Made by a program: the position numbers and the translations under genes. Source: Acidobacteriota bacterium (lineage in GTDB: Bacteria > Acidobacteriota > UBA6911 > RPQK01 > JAJDTT01). Taken from it: DNA of 64,000 nucleotides. Below the pieces are notes generated by a model. It had not been told where the DNA came from. It searched no databases and was given only the letters and a program-made list of their open reading frames with translations. Location of the stretch: contig CBDCJH010000002.1 of NCBI GenBank assembly GCA_965217775.1, positions 1,408,001 through 1,472,000 of the forward strand, read 5' to 3'. Of this stretch, positions 1 through 9,717 are shown in pieces; the stretch's first letter is position 1; each line of letters opens with the position of its first letter.

Positions 1-2
1 CC

Positions 3-137
3 TCCGAACGAATTTACGAACTGCTGGATCAGGTGCATCGAAACCACGGCCTCACCTCACTGATCGCAACCCACAATGCCACCCTCGCGGGTCTATGCAG
101 CGTCCGTAAGAAGGTCATTCAAGGGAAACTCGTTTAA
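3..137 (+). CDS. lolD: C-terminal fragment of an ABC transporter ATP-binding protein, LolD-like (partial at window edge)
   Basis: My translation is SERIYELLDQVHRNHGLTSLIATHNATLAGLCSVRKKVIQGKLV*. It contains the ABC H-loop (ATHN) and lies upstream of the clpC-bamA block. Confidence 0.6.
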   Translation, partial: SERIYELLDQVHRNHGLTSLIATHNATLAGLCSVRKKVIQGKLV

Positions 138-259
138 CAGTCCGTGGTGAAAGTCTCGCGAGCACCGAGACCGTTCCTGCGCCCGCCGGACAAGGCGCGA
201 TTCCGGGTCCCGGAGCCATCGTTCCGGCGCCGGTTTCCGGCTTTTTCACAATGCGTGTG

Positions 260-265
260 TATAAT
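260..265 (+). promoter_or_regulatory. Possible sigma70 -10 element for clpC
   Basis: Perfect TATAAT ~70 bp upstream of the clpC ATG; no convincing -35. Confidence 0.3.
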
Positions 266-332
266 CGACGGTGTCGGTGAGCCGTTTGCTCGGGCATTTG
301 CGGTTTGCTTAAATTTAGATGGAAATCGCTCC

Positions 333-2774
333 ATGTTTGAGAAGTACACGGAAAAGGCGAGGCGGGTCATTTTCTTTGCCCGTTACGAGGCCAGTCAACT
401 CGGTTCCCGGTCCATCGAAACGGAACACATCCTGCTGGGCCTGCTCCGGGAGGACAAGGGTCTCACCAACCGCTTCTTCCGTAGGAGCGAAGCCACGCTG
501 GAGGCGATTCGCAAGGAGATCGAGGGTCGTTCGGGAGTCCGGGAGAAAGTCTCGACTTCAGTCGAACTTCCTCTTAGCGATGAGTCAAAGCGGGTGCTCA
601 CATTTGCCGCCGAAGAAGCGGAACGCCTGCTTTGCAGCTATATCGGGACCGAGCACATTCTTCTGGGCCTCCTCAGGGAAGACAAGTCGGCGGCTTCGAT
701 GATCCTGACCGAGAAGGGGCTGCATCTGGCGCGGGTTCGGGATGAGCTGTCTGGAAATCCGGGACGTCCCACGCCGCATAAGGTGAAGGAATCTTTGATC
801 CTGACCGAGTTCAGCCGGGATCTGACCGAAGCGGCCATGCGCGGAGACTTGGACCCCCTCATCGGCCGTGAGGCCGAGATCGAGCGTGTCACCCAGATTC
901 TCTGCCGCCGGACCAAGAACAATCCGGCTCTGATCGGTGAGCCGGGAGTGGGAAAAACGGCGATCGTAGAGGGTTTGGCCCAGAGAATCGTCAACGGCGA
1001 CGCTCCCGCCATGCTAATGGACAAACGAATTCTCGCTCTGGACATTTCCTTGATCGTGGCCGGCACCAAATACCGCGGGCAGTTCGAGGAGCGGTTGAAG
1101 TCCATCATGAAGGAGATCATCGAGAATCCCCAATTCGTGATCTTCGTCGATGAGTTGCACACGCTGGTGGGAGCCGGCTCGGCAGAGGGCTCGCTGGATG
1201 CGGCCAATATTCTGAAACCGGCCCTGTCGCGTGGGGATCTCCAGTGCGTGGGGGCGACGACGCCTTACGAATACCGCCGTTTCATCGAGAAGGACCGGGC
1301 TCTTGAACGCCGGTTCCAGTCCGTAAAGGTGGCGGCAACCAACGAAGAAGAGACGATACGGATCATCCACGGCATCAAGGAACGTTACGAGAGTTTCCAC
1401 CGGGTGCAATACGATGACGATTCCATCAAGGCTGCGGTCAGCCATTCCAATCGGTACATTCCCGATCGATTTCTGCCGGACAAGGCAATCGACGTCCTGG
1501 ATGAAGCCGGAGCCAGGGTGAAACTCAACTACACCTCATTTCCCGACGAAGTGACGGTTCTGCAACAGAAGATTCGGGTGACTGTCCGGGAGGTGGACGA
1601 CGCCATCTCCGCCAAGGAATTCGACCGTGCGGCCCAACTCAAGGATCGCGAGGTGGTGGAGCGCGAGAACCTGAAGATCGTCAAGGATCGCTGGAAGCTC
1701 AAGAATCGCATCAATCCGTTGGTAGGCCGGAAACATGTCGAAGAGGTCATCTCCCGCTGGACCGGGATTCCGGTTAGCGCGTTGCGGGAAGAAGAGACAA
1801 AGAAGCTGCTGCGCATGGAGGTGGACCTGCACCGCCGGGTGATCAGCCAGGATACGGCCGTTTCCGCGCTCGCCCGGGCAATTCGCCGGAGCCGGGCCGG
1901 GATGAAGCATCCGAACCGGCCCGTGGGATCATTCCTGTTCCTGGGGCCCACGGGCGTGGGCAAGACCGAGTTGGCCAAGGCGTTGGCCGAGTTCCTGTTC
2001 GGGAGCGAGAAGTCGCTGCTCCGTTTCGACATGTCCGAGTACATGGAGAAACACTCGGTGTCCAAGCTCATCGGTTCTCCCCCTGGGTACGTGGGACACG
2101 AAGAGGGCGGGCAGCTCACCGAACGTGTCCGGCGCAATCCCTATTGCGTGGTCCTTCTGGATGAGGTCGAAAAGGCCCACTTCGACATCTTCAACTTGTT
2201 GCTGCAGGTATTCGAAGACGGCCAGTTGACCGACTCCCATGGGAATACGGTCGATTTCAAGAACAGCATCATCATCATGACCTCCAACATCGGAGCCCGA
2301 TACCTGATGAACAAACCCCAGATGGGGTTCGCGAGCGGAACGGATCAGGGTAGGGATAAGGTGGAAGAGGTCATCATGGAAGAGGTGAAACGCGTCTTCA
2401 ATCCCGAGTTCTTGAATCGGGTGGACGACCTCATCCTGTTCGATTCCCTGACCGAAGAGGATCTGGGAAAGATCGTCGATCTGCTCATCGACAAGGGCAA
2501 CGAGAACCTGTCCCAGAAGCGGATCCGCATATCGTTGGGCAAGAGCGCGAAAAGGTGGATCATAGACAAGACTTGCCGCGACCGTTTCTATGGCGCCCGC
2601 CCCCTGAGGAGAGCCATCCAGAAATATATTGAAGATCCGGTTTCGGAGTTGATCATTCAGGGGAAATTGAAAGAAAAGGAAACTCTCTCCATCTTTATCA
2701 AGGGTGGAGCATTGTACTATCGGGCCAAGGGATCCAAGAGTGCAGGCGTTCCCCTGTCATTCGGGATCGCGTAG
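333..2774 (+). CDS. clpC: ATP-dependent Clp protease ATP-binding subunit ClpC
   Basis: Starts MFEKYTEKARRVIFFA (Clp-N). Two Walker A motifs (GEPGVGKT, GPTGVGKT), UVR-like middle domain, MGF ClpP-docking loop, GARPLRR. The start at 144 in the ORF track is a spurious extension. Confidence 0.95.
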   Translation: MFEKYTEKARRVIFFARYEASQLGSRSIETEHILLGLLREDKGLTNRFFRRSEATLEAIRKEIEGRSGVREKVSTSVELPLSDESKRVLTFAAEEAERLLCSYIGTEHILLGLLREDKSAASMILTEKGLHLARVRDELSGNPGRPTPHKVKESLILTEFSRDLTEAAMRGDLDPLIGREAEIERVTQILCRRTKNNPALIGEPGVGKTAIVEGLAQRIVNGDAPAMLMDKRILALDISLIVAGTKYRGQFEERLKSIMKEIIENPQFVIFVDELHTLVGAGSAEGSLDAANILKPALSRGDLQCVGATTPYEYRRFIEKDRALERRFQSVKVAATNEEETIRIIHGIKERYESFHRVQYDDDSIKAAVSHSNRYIPDRFLPDKAIDVLDEAGARVKLNYTSFPDEVTVLQQKIRVTVREVDDAISAKEFDRAAQLKDREVVERENLKIVKDRWKLKNRINPLVGRKHVEEVISRWTGIPVSALREEETKKLLRMEVDLHRRVISQDTAVSALARAIRRSRAGMKHPNRPVGSFLFLGPTGVGKTELAKALAEFLFGSEKSLLRFDMSEYMEKHSVSKLIGSPPGYVGHEEGGQLTERVRRNPYCVVLLDEVEKAHFDIFNLLLQVFEDGQLTDSHGNTVDFKNSIIIMTSNIGARYLMNKPQMGFASGTDQGRDKVEEVIMEEVKRVFNPEFLNRVDDLILFDSLTEEDLGKIVDLLIDKGNENLSQKRIRISLGKSAKRWIIDKTCRDRFYGARPLRRAIQKYIEDPVSELIIQGKLKEKETLSIFIKGGALYYRAKGSKSAGVPLSFGIA

Positions 2775-2936
2775 CGGCCCGTGGTGTAAGTCCCGCGGAG
2801 GACCTGAAGCGGCGAGCGGTTCGCCGGTAAAGGAGTAACGAGGAAGCATACGGGGAGTATGTAACCGAGGAGCAATACCTTCCGCCGGAAGGCGACCCTG
2901 GTCAGAGGCCACGAAGACTTATGCCGCGGGCTGCAG
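2772..2936 (+). repeat. ~165-bp palindromic intergenic element (MITE or structured-RNA-like)
   Basis: Arms 2774-2792 GCGGCCCGTGGTGTAAGTC and 2916-2934 GACTTATGCCGCGGGCTGC pair over 19 bp, with 4 G-U pairs and no other mismatch. Confidence 0.65.
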
Positions 2937-3027
2937 ATTCACTAATCTCCCAGTCCAGGTCAGAAATCGGGATGGGATCGTCGAGCAAAAATTGTCCTGC
3001 CGGAGGGCACTGGATAGAATCTTGAAG

Positions 3028-5670
3028 ATGGGCAAACCAGATCGTGCTGCTCAGAGACTGAACGCCGTCCGGTTGCGCCGGATCGTGCTTCTGATTCTGG
3101 TGTTTTCCTGGGGAGGCTCCGAGCTTCTCGGCGCCCAGGGCCGCCAGTCGGTCGGCCGCCTGGAGGAAGTCCGCATCCTCGGGAATCGGCGCATCAGCGA
3201 GGACACCATTCGTTTCTACATCCAGAGCCGGCAGGGGGACGTCTACAACGAAGGGCAGGTCCTCCGGGATTACCGGAGTCTCCTCAACACCAACTTCTTC
3301 CTCGATGCCAAGGTGCATACGATAGAGGGAGAGACGGGAACCATCGTCCTGTTCACGGTCAAGGAGCGTCCCCTCATTCGGACCATCGAATACAAGGGCA
3401 TGAAGTCCTTCAAGGAATCGGACGTGCTGGAGCAGTTCCGGGACCTCAAGGTGGGGATGACCGTCGACAACCCCTTCGACGGCGCCAAGCTCCCCAAGGC
3501 GCGGCGGGCCCTGCGGACCTTGCTGGACACGAACGGGCGCCCTCTGGGTCGAGTGGAGGTCACCGTCGAGCCGATCACGTCGTCCGCCGTCAAAGTGGTC
3601 TTCAACATCGACGAAGGGCCCAAGGTGAGGATCGGCAAGATTCAATTCGAGGGCAACACGGTCTTTTCGGACGGGGAACTGCGGGGGGGCTTGAAGCTGA
3701 CCAAGGAGCGGGGGCCCATCACCCTGTTCAAGGGTCTCGACAAGTACATCAAGGACAAGGTCGAACACGATCTCCACGTCAACATGATGGACAAGTACCG
3801 GGAGCGGGGGTACATGGAGGCCCGGCTCGGCGAGCCCAAGGTGGAGATCGTGGAGGCCGGCAGAGGCCTTCTGTTCGGCTTTCGCAAGACCAAGCAACAG
3901 TACTTCATCACCGTGCCCATCGACGAGGGGCCTCAGTTCAGGTTCGGCGAATTCAAGCTGGAGGGCATCAAGAACTTCGACTCCGAAGTACTGACCCGCG
4001 CCTACAACATTCAGCAGGGCGAAGTCTTCAACTGGGTCCTACTGCAGAAGGCCAACGATGACCTGAAGAAACTCTACGCCCGGTACGGCTACCTGGACAT
4101 GGAGGCGATTCCCGAAATCGACAAGGGCGAAAACGAAAATGTCATGAACGTCGCGATCCGCGTGGAGGAAGGGAAGCAGTACCTGGTGAAGCGGATCAAC
4201 TTCCTGGGGAATACCAAGACCCGCGACAAGGTTCTCCGGCGTGAGTTTCTGCTGGAGGAGCAGCGTCAGTTCAACGGCGACCTGTTGGACATTTCCGTCA
4301 TTCGTCTCAATCAGTTGGGGTTCTTCGACAAGATCGAGGAGGAGGATTACGAGGTCGTCAAGCGCCCGGATCTGGCCGAGGTGGACGTTCTGGTCACGGT
4401 CAAGGAGCAGAGCCAACAGTCCATCGGTCTGACCGGCGGCGTGAGCGGCATCAGCGGCAAGTTCATCGGGCTCAGTTATTCGACCAACAACTTCCGGGGA
4501 TTGGGTCAGCAAATCTACGTCCAGGCGGTCACCGGGACTCGAACTCAGCAGTACAATTTCTCGTTCCAAGAACCGTATTTTCTGGATACACGCCTGTCCC
4601 TGGGGTTCTCCATCTTCAGCCAGCGCTTCCGTTACGATACCTATACGGCCTTCTATGGTCTGTTCCTGCCCGAGAACAACGTCAACCTTTTTACCCGGAG
4701 CAGTACCGGGTTCAGTGTGCAGACAGCCTATCCCCTGTGGCGATGGGTGCGGGTGGGACTCTCTTATCAGCTCCAGAGGATCAGCATCACGGACGTGGCA
4801 GAATCCTTCGGCGATTTTGCCTTGAGTCAGCTGACCGGGTTCACTCCCGGCGGCAGCCGCGAAGATGCCCAGGAAGGCATCATCCGGAGCGAGGTCACGC
4901 CCAGTTGGACCTACAACAGCAAGAACGCGTTTTTCGGCGCCACCCGGGGATCCATGTTGCGGCTCCAGGTGCCCTTTGCCGGGGGGCCTTTGGGGGGGAC
5001 CTACAACGTCATTTCTCCCATACTCGAATATCAGAAATTCATGGAAGACCGCTGGTTGAGCGGCGGCCGCAACAGTATCGGGTTCCGGGCCCAGTTCCTG
5101 CACCTGCTGCCCTACGGAAAGCTACCCAACGGCGGCCCCATGACGGTGCCTTTCTTCGAACGGATCTATCGAGGCGGGGAGTTCGACTTTCGTGGATTCG
5201 ATCTGAGGTCGGTGACGCCATGGGCCAAGACTCGATCCCCCCTGAGGGACGGGTCGGGAAATCCAATCATCGACAAACGTACGGGACTTCCGGCCCTGAG
5301 CGAGAATTTGGTTCCGGCCGGTGGAGACACCTCTTTACTGATTACGGGCGAGTATCGAATTCCCGTGGCCGGGCCCATTCATTTGGCCGCATTCGCGGAT
5401 TTCGGGATCAACACGGTGCTGAAGAGGAACAAGTTGGTTCTGTTCGGGCCGAACACGGCGATTGACCTGTTGGAGAACACCAACGACGTTTGGCGAATGT
5501 CGACAGGAATGGAGTTCCAGTTCGTCATGCCTATGCTCAACCAACCATTTCGCCTCATATTCGCTTATAATCCCATGGTTATGGATACCACGGTGACGGT
5601 GAACGGGATCCGCTATCCGATGCAGGAACGTCGCAAGAACATTCGATTTACGGTAGGATATACCTTCTAG
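3028..5670 (+). CDS. bamA: Outer membrane protein assembly factor BamA
   Basis: Signal peptide, five POTRA repeats, beta-barrel with FRGF loop motif, C-terminal aromatic residue (GYTF). Start position approximate. Confidence 0.95.
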   Translation: MGKPDRAAQRLNAVRLRRIVLLILVFSWGGSELLGAQGRQSVGRLEEVRILGNRRISEDTIRFYIQSRQGDVYNEGQVLRDYRSLLNTNFFLDAKVHTIEGETGTIVLFTVKERPLIRTIEYKGMKSFKESDVLEQFRDLKVGMTVDNPFDGAKLPKARRALRTLLDTNGRPLGRVEVTVEPITSSAVKVVFNIDEGPKVRIGKIQFEGNTVFSDGELRGGLKLTKERGPITLFKGLDKYIKDKVEHDLHVNMMDKYRERGYMEARLGEPKVEIVEAGRGLLFGFRKTKQQYFITVPIDEGPQFRFGEFKLEGIKNFDSEVLTRAYNIQQGEVFNWVLLQKANDDLKKLYARYGYLDMEAIPEIDKGENENVMNVAIRVEEGKQYLVKRINFLGNTKTRDKVLRREFLLEEQRQFNGDLLDISVIRLNQLGFFDKIEEEDYEVVKRPDLAEVDVLVTVKEQSQQSIGLTGGVSGISGKFIGLSYSTNNFRGLGQQIYVQAVTGTRTQQYNFSFQEPYFLDTRLSLGFSIFSQRFRYDTYTAFYGLFLPENNVNLFTRSSTGFSVQTAYPLWRWVRVGLSYQLQRISITDVAESFGDFALSQLTGFTPGGSREDAQEGIIRSEVTPSWTYNSKNAFFGATRGSMLRLQVPFAGGPLGGTYNVISPILEYQKFMEDRWLSGGRNSIGFRAQFLHLLPYGKLPNGGPMTVPFFERIYRGGEFDFRGFDLRSVTPWAKTRSPLRDGSGNPIIDKRTGLPALSENLVPAGGDTSLLITGEYRIPVAGPIHLAAFADFGINTVLKRNKLVLFGPNTAIDLLENTNDVWRMSTGMEFQFVMPMLNQPFRLIFAYNPMVMDTTVTVNGIRYPMQERRKNIRFTVGYTF

Positions 5671-5689
5671 GAAAGGAATTGGGGGGATC

Positions 5690-6274
5690 ATGTTCACGAG
5701 ATCTCGAAGATGTTTGGTCTTGATTGCCGGCCTTGCCGGTGTGATGGCCGCGGCGCCCTGGGCCATGTCACAGGGTCTGACCGCCGGCGGGCTCAAATTT
5801 GGATTTGTCAATTCGGTTGAAGTTCTGCAGGGGACCGACGAGGGCAGGCAGAAGCTGGCCGAGTTTCAGCAGTGGGCCGAGTCAAGACAAAAGGAACTGC
5901 AGCAGGACAAGACCGAGCTGGATCGGTTGCGCGAACAGTTCGCCGCCCAGGAACGGACACTGAATCCGGATACCCGGACAGAAATGATGAGGACCATCGA
6001 GGATCGGGACCGGAGGCTGCGCCGGAAACAGGAAGACAGCCAGTTGGAGTCCGAGGCCAGAAACCGTCAGATGCTGGAACAGGTCGGAACCAATATCCAG
6101 ACGATCATCAACGAGTACGCCCAGCAGAACGGTTATTCCGTCATCTTCTTGCGCAACGAGAGCCAGAGCTATGTAGATCCCTCCTTGGACATCACCAAGG
6201 AACTCGTCTCCATCTACAATCAACGTCATCCGGTGGCTTCCGCCCAGGCTTCGTCCGCTCCGGCCCAGCCTTAG
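5690..6274 (+). CDS. skp: OmpH/Skp periplasmic chaperone
   Basis: Signal peptide, KFGFVN start, coiled-coil core, DIT C-terminal motif; located between bamA and lpxD. Confidence 0.9.
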   Translation: MFTRSRRCLVLIAGLAGVMAAAPWAMSQGLTAGGLKFGFVNSVEVLQGTDEGRQKLAEFQQWAESRQKELQQDKTELDRLREQFAAQERTLNPDTRTEMMRTIEDRDRRLRRKQEDSQLESEARNRQMLEQVGTNIQTIINEYAQQNGYSVIFLRNESQSYVDPSLDITKELVSIYNQRHPVASAQASSAPAQP

Positions 6275-6324
6275 CGCCCGGGCGGGAATCCCGTCGCGGC
6301 AGGATTGATCCTGGATTGGCGGTC

Positions 6325-6370
6325 CTAGGAGTCTGCGCAGTAGATCAATTTCTGCGGCGCAGGCTCCTAG
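6325..6370 (+). repeat. 46-bp internally deleted copy of the palindromic element at 24078-24243
   Basis: Identical to the first 14 nt plus the last 32 nt of the 24078-24243 element. Confidence 0.85.
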
Positions 6371-6449
6371 TCCCGCTTCCCTCCGATTCCGATGATGCGC
6401 CCGGCGAAATGGTCGCCGGCGGCGCGTCGATGCCCGTAAGGGAACGACC

Positions 6450-7457
6450 GTGCTCTATCGTCTGCGACGGCTGGCGGAACGCGTGGGTGGAGAGGTCGCG
6501 GGAGATCCGGACACTCCCATCAAGCGGTTGAGACCCTTCGAGACGGCTGGCCCGGGCGATTTGACGTTGGCGGCGGAGAAACGGTACGCGGAGCGGATTC
6601 AGGAAACCGGCGCGTCGGCCGTCATCGTATCCAAGGGGTTGCCGTTTCGGAGCCGTCCCTTGCTTCGCGTCGACAACCCGCGGTTGGCTTTCGCCCGCCT
6701 CTTGCAATTCATCCATAGGACGCCCTTTGTACCGACCGGCGTCTCACCTCACGCCACGGTGGGCCGGGGTTGCTCAATCCCCGAGAGGGTGTCCATCTAT
6801 CCCCAGGCCCATGTCGGAGACGGAGTCACTCTGGGTGAAGAGGTGACCCTCCATCCCGGGGTCCATGTGGGGAATGGGTGCACCATCGGTGACGGCACCA
6901 TTCTCCATCCGAACGTGACCGTCTACGGCGGAATTCGCATCGGTGCCCGCGTCATTCTCCACAGCGGCGCCGTGATCGGTGCCGATGGATTCGGCTATGT
7001 TTTCGACGGGGAACGGCAGGTCAAGATCCCCCAGCGGGGAACGGTCGTGATCGAGGACGACGTGGAGATCGGCGCCAACAGCTGCGTGGACCGGGCCACC
7101 TTCGGTCAGACCACCATTGGCAGGGGCGTCAAGCTGGACGACCACGTGCAGATCGGTCACAACTGCACCATCGGCGAGAACACCGTCATGGTCGGGCAGG
7201 TGGGTGTCTCCGGTAGTGTCACCGTGGGCCGGAACTGCATTCTGGCGGGGCAGTCGGGAGTCGTCGACCACGTCCGAATCGGCGATGGCGTCAAGGTCCT
7301 GGCCAAGACTGCGGTGACCAAGGACATCCCGGATGGGATGACGGTGTCCGGACAACCGGCCAGAGAACACCGGACGACGGTGAAGATTCAGGCCCTGACG
7401 CGGCGCCTTCCTCAACTGATGGCGGAATGGCGCGCGTGGAAGAAGCGGCAGCCTTGA
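6450..7457 (+). CDS. lpxD: UDP-3-O-acyl-glucosamine N-acyltransferase LpxD
   Basis: Hexapeptide repeats, IGADGFGY, EIGANSCVDRA, QIGHNC motifs. Confidence 0.95.
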   Translation: MLYRLRRLAERVGGEVAGDPDTPIKRLRPFETAGPGDLTLAAEKRYAERIQETGASAVIVSKGLPFRSRPLLRVDNPRLAFARLLQFIHRTPFVPTGVSPHATVGRGCSIPERVSIYPQAHVGDGVTLGEEVTLHPGVHVGNGCTIGDGTILHPNVTVYGGIRIGARVILHSGAVIGADGFGYVFDGERQVKIPQRGTVVIEDDVEIGANSCVDRATFGQTTIGRGVKLDDHVQIGHNCTIGENTVMVGQVGVSGSVTVGRNCILAGQSGVVDHVRIGDGVKVLAKTAVTKDIPDGMTVSGQPAREHRTTVKIQALTRRLPQLMAEWRAWKKRQP

Positions 7458-7514
7458 AACGCCTTTCCGGTGGTGGGTAGGATACTGCTTTTGAAAGAAG
7501 GGCAGGAACGCGGC

Positions 7515-7970
7515 ATGTTCGACATTCAGGAGATCATGGATCTCCTCCCCCATCGCTATCCCATGCTCCTGGTTGACCGGGTGATCGAATACCAGGAGGG
7601 CGAACGGATCGTGGCCATCAAGAACGTCACCATCAACGAGCCGTTCTTTCAGGGCCACTTCTCCGGGGCGCCCATCATGCCGGGAGTTCTGATCATCGAG
7701 TCGATGGCACAAGCCGGCGGCTTTCTGGTGTTCAAGTCTCTCCCGAATCGGGAATCCAAGCTGGTATTTCTCATGGGTATCGAGAAGGCGCGGTTTCGCC
7801 GGCCGGTCAGGCCGGGAGATCAATTGAGGCTCGAAATGGTCGTCGTCCGGATCAGGGGCCGGGCGGGCAAACTTCGGGGCCAAGCTTTTGTCGGAGACGA
7901 GCGTGCGGCAGAAGCGCAGATCCTGTTCTCTCTGGTGGACCGTTCCTCGGTCGTTTCCGGCCGAGGTTGA
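7515..7970 (+). CDS. fabZ: 3-hydroxyacyl-ACP dehydratase FabZ
   Basis: LPHRYPMLLVDRV, NEPFFQGHF, MPGVLIIESMAQ motifs. Confidence 0.96.
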   Translation: MFDIQEIMDLLPHRYPMLLVDRVIEYQEGERIVAIKNVTINEPFFQGHFSGAPIMPGVLIIESMAQAGGFLVFKSLPNRESKLVFLMGIEKARFRRPVRPGDQLRLEMVVVRIRGRAGKLRGQAFVGDERAAEAQILFSLVDRSSVVSGRG

Positions 7971-7974
7971 CGCC

Positions 7975-8772
7975 ATGCCCGTCGCCGATACCGCCCAGAT
8001 TCATCCCACGGCACAGGTGTCTTCCGGCGCGCGATTGGGGCGCGGAGTGACCGTCGGTCCCTTTGTCATCATTGGGGACGGAGTCGTGATCGGTGAAGAG
8101 ACCGCGGTCGGTCCCCACGCTGTCCTGAAAGGTCCCGCCTGTTTGGGCAAACGAAATCGAATCCTGGGGCAAAGCGCCATCGGGACGGATCCCCAGGACC
8201 TGAAGTACCAGGGCGAGGAGACCTCCCTTCACATCGGCGACGAGAACATCATCCGCGAGTTCGTCACCATCAACCGGGGTACGGCTCAGGGTGGGGCCAA
8301 GACCACGATCGGGAGTCGCAACCTGTTCATGACGGGAGTGCATGTGGCGCACGATTGCCATCTGGGGCACGATGGCATTCTCGCGAATGCGGCGACGCTG
8401 GCCGGCCATGTGGAGATCGAGAATGGTGCTACGGTCGGTGCGTTCACCGGCGTTCACCAGTTTTGCCGGGTGGGACGCCACGCCTTCATCGGCGGCTACT
8501 CCGTGATCACCCGGGACGCGCCGCCATTCATCAAGACGGTGGGACATCGCAATCAGGCCCGGACCTACGGAATCAATGGAATCGGTCTCTCCCGCAAGGG
8601 ATTCTCGGAGGAACGGATTCGGGCGTTGAGGAAGGCCTACCGGTGGATTTTTCGAAAGGGTCTCACCCTGCCCCATGCTCGGGACCGCATCCTGCAGGAG
8701 GATTTGGAAACACCCGATGTCGAAACCCTGCTGCAGTTCCTGGAGACCTCGAGCCGGGGGGTTATTCGGTAG
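7975..8772 (+). CDS. lpxA: Acyl-ACP--UDP-N-acetylglucosamine O-acyltransferase LpxA
   Basis: IHPTA start, PQDLKY, IREFVTINRGT, HVAHDC, LAGHV, HQFCRVG motifs. Confidence 0.96.
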   Translation: MPVADTAQIHPTAQVSSGARLGRGVTVGPFVIIGDGVVIGEETAVGPHAVLKGPACLGKRNRILGQSAIGTDPQDLKYQGEETSLHIGDENIIREFVTINRGTAQGGAKTTIGSRNLFMTGVHVAHDCHLGHDGILANAATLAGHVEIENGATVGAFTGVHQFCRVGRHAFIGGYSVITRDAPPFIKTVGHRNQARTYGINGIGLSRKGFSEERIRALRKAYRWIFRKGLTLPHARDRILQEDLETPDVETLLQFLETSSRGVIR

Positions 8773-8859
8773 GCGCCTCGCGCCGAATGCTCCGGAGCCA
8801 AGCGTAAGATCGGTGCAGGTTGCTGTGCGAGCACCCCTGGGGACCGGAGAGAGGGATCG

Positions 8860-9717
8860 TTGGAAGTCGAAAAACTCGGATTGATCGCTGGAAACGGACG
8901 GTTTCCGTTCCTGGTGCTGGACGAAGCCCGAAATCGACGGTTGCCGCTGGTCGTGGCAGCCATTCGAGAAGAAGCGGGTCCCCAGTTGGAAGAGATGTCG
9001 GGTCAGCTCTCCAGCGGCTCGTCGTTCCACTGGATCGGGTTGGGCCAGTTGGGGAAGTTGATCCGCGTGTTCAAGAACGCGGGGATACGGCACGCCGTCA
9101 TGGCCGGCCAGGTGAAGCACATCCGCATATTCGCAGCCGGTCTTCGGACGCCGGCGGGAATCCTGTCCGCGCTGCCCGACGGCAGGATGTTGCGCATGCT
9201 GGCGTCACTGCGCCGACGCAATACGCGGTCGCTGATCGAAGGCGTCATCGGAGTCCTGCGGGCCGAGGGGATCGAGGTCCTGGACTCGACCTGGCTGCTG
9301 GCCGATCTGATCCCGGGCCCGGGTGTGCTCACTCGCCGCAAGCCCAACGACCGGGAAAAACGGGACATCGATTATGGCCTGGAAGTGGCCAAGGAGTTGT
9401 CCAGACTCGATCTGGGCCAGACCGTGGTCGTCAAGGATCGAGCCGTGGTGGCGGTGGAGGCCATGGAGGGGACCGATGCCACCATCCGGAGAGCGGCCGG
9501 ATTGGTTGCGGGGAGCCGTCTTACGGTGGTCAAAGCCGGTCGTGCCCGCGACGAGATGAGATACGACGTTCCCGTCATCGGATCGGAGACCTTGAAGGTT
9601 TTGAGAGAGTGCCGGGTCTCAGCTCTCTCCATCGATTCCGGCCTAACCCTGATCCTGGACCGGGACCACTTCGTCCGGGGCGCCGACGATTCGAGAATAG
9701 CGGTGGTCTGCCAATGA
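8860..9717 (+). CDS. lpxI: UDP-2,3-diacylglucosamine diphosphatase LpxI
   Basis: LGLIAGNGRFP, DLGQTVVV, AVEAMEGTDATIRRA, RYDVPVIG motifs; follows lpxA. Confidence 0.92.
   Translation: MEVEKLGLIAGNGRFPFLVLDEARNRRLPLVVAAIREEAGPQLEEMSGQLSSGSSFHWIGLGQLGKLIRVFKNAGIRHAVMAGQVKHIRIFAAGLRTPAGILSALPDGRMLRMLASLRRRNTRSLIEGVIGVLRAEGIEVLDSTWLLADLIPGPGVLTRRKPNDREKRDIDYGLEVAKELSRLDLGQTVVVKDRAVVAVEAMEGTDATIRRAAGLVAGSRLTVVKAGRARDEMRYDVPVIGSETLKVLRECRVSALSIDSGLTLILDRDHFVRGADDSRIAVVCQ

Noticed and set aside
144-332. N-terminal extension of ClpC in the ORF track
   Set aside because: The canonical MFEKYTEKA start is at 333 and a TATAAT lies within the extension. Similar spurious extensions apply to fabZ, lpxA, 8820-9713, amtB, 24116 and 52828-53145.
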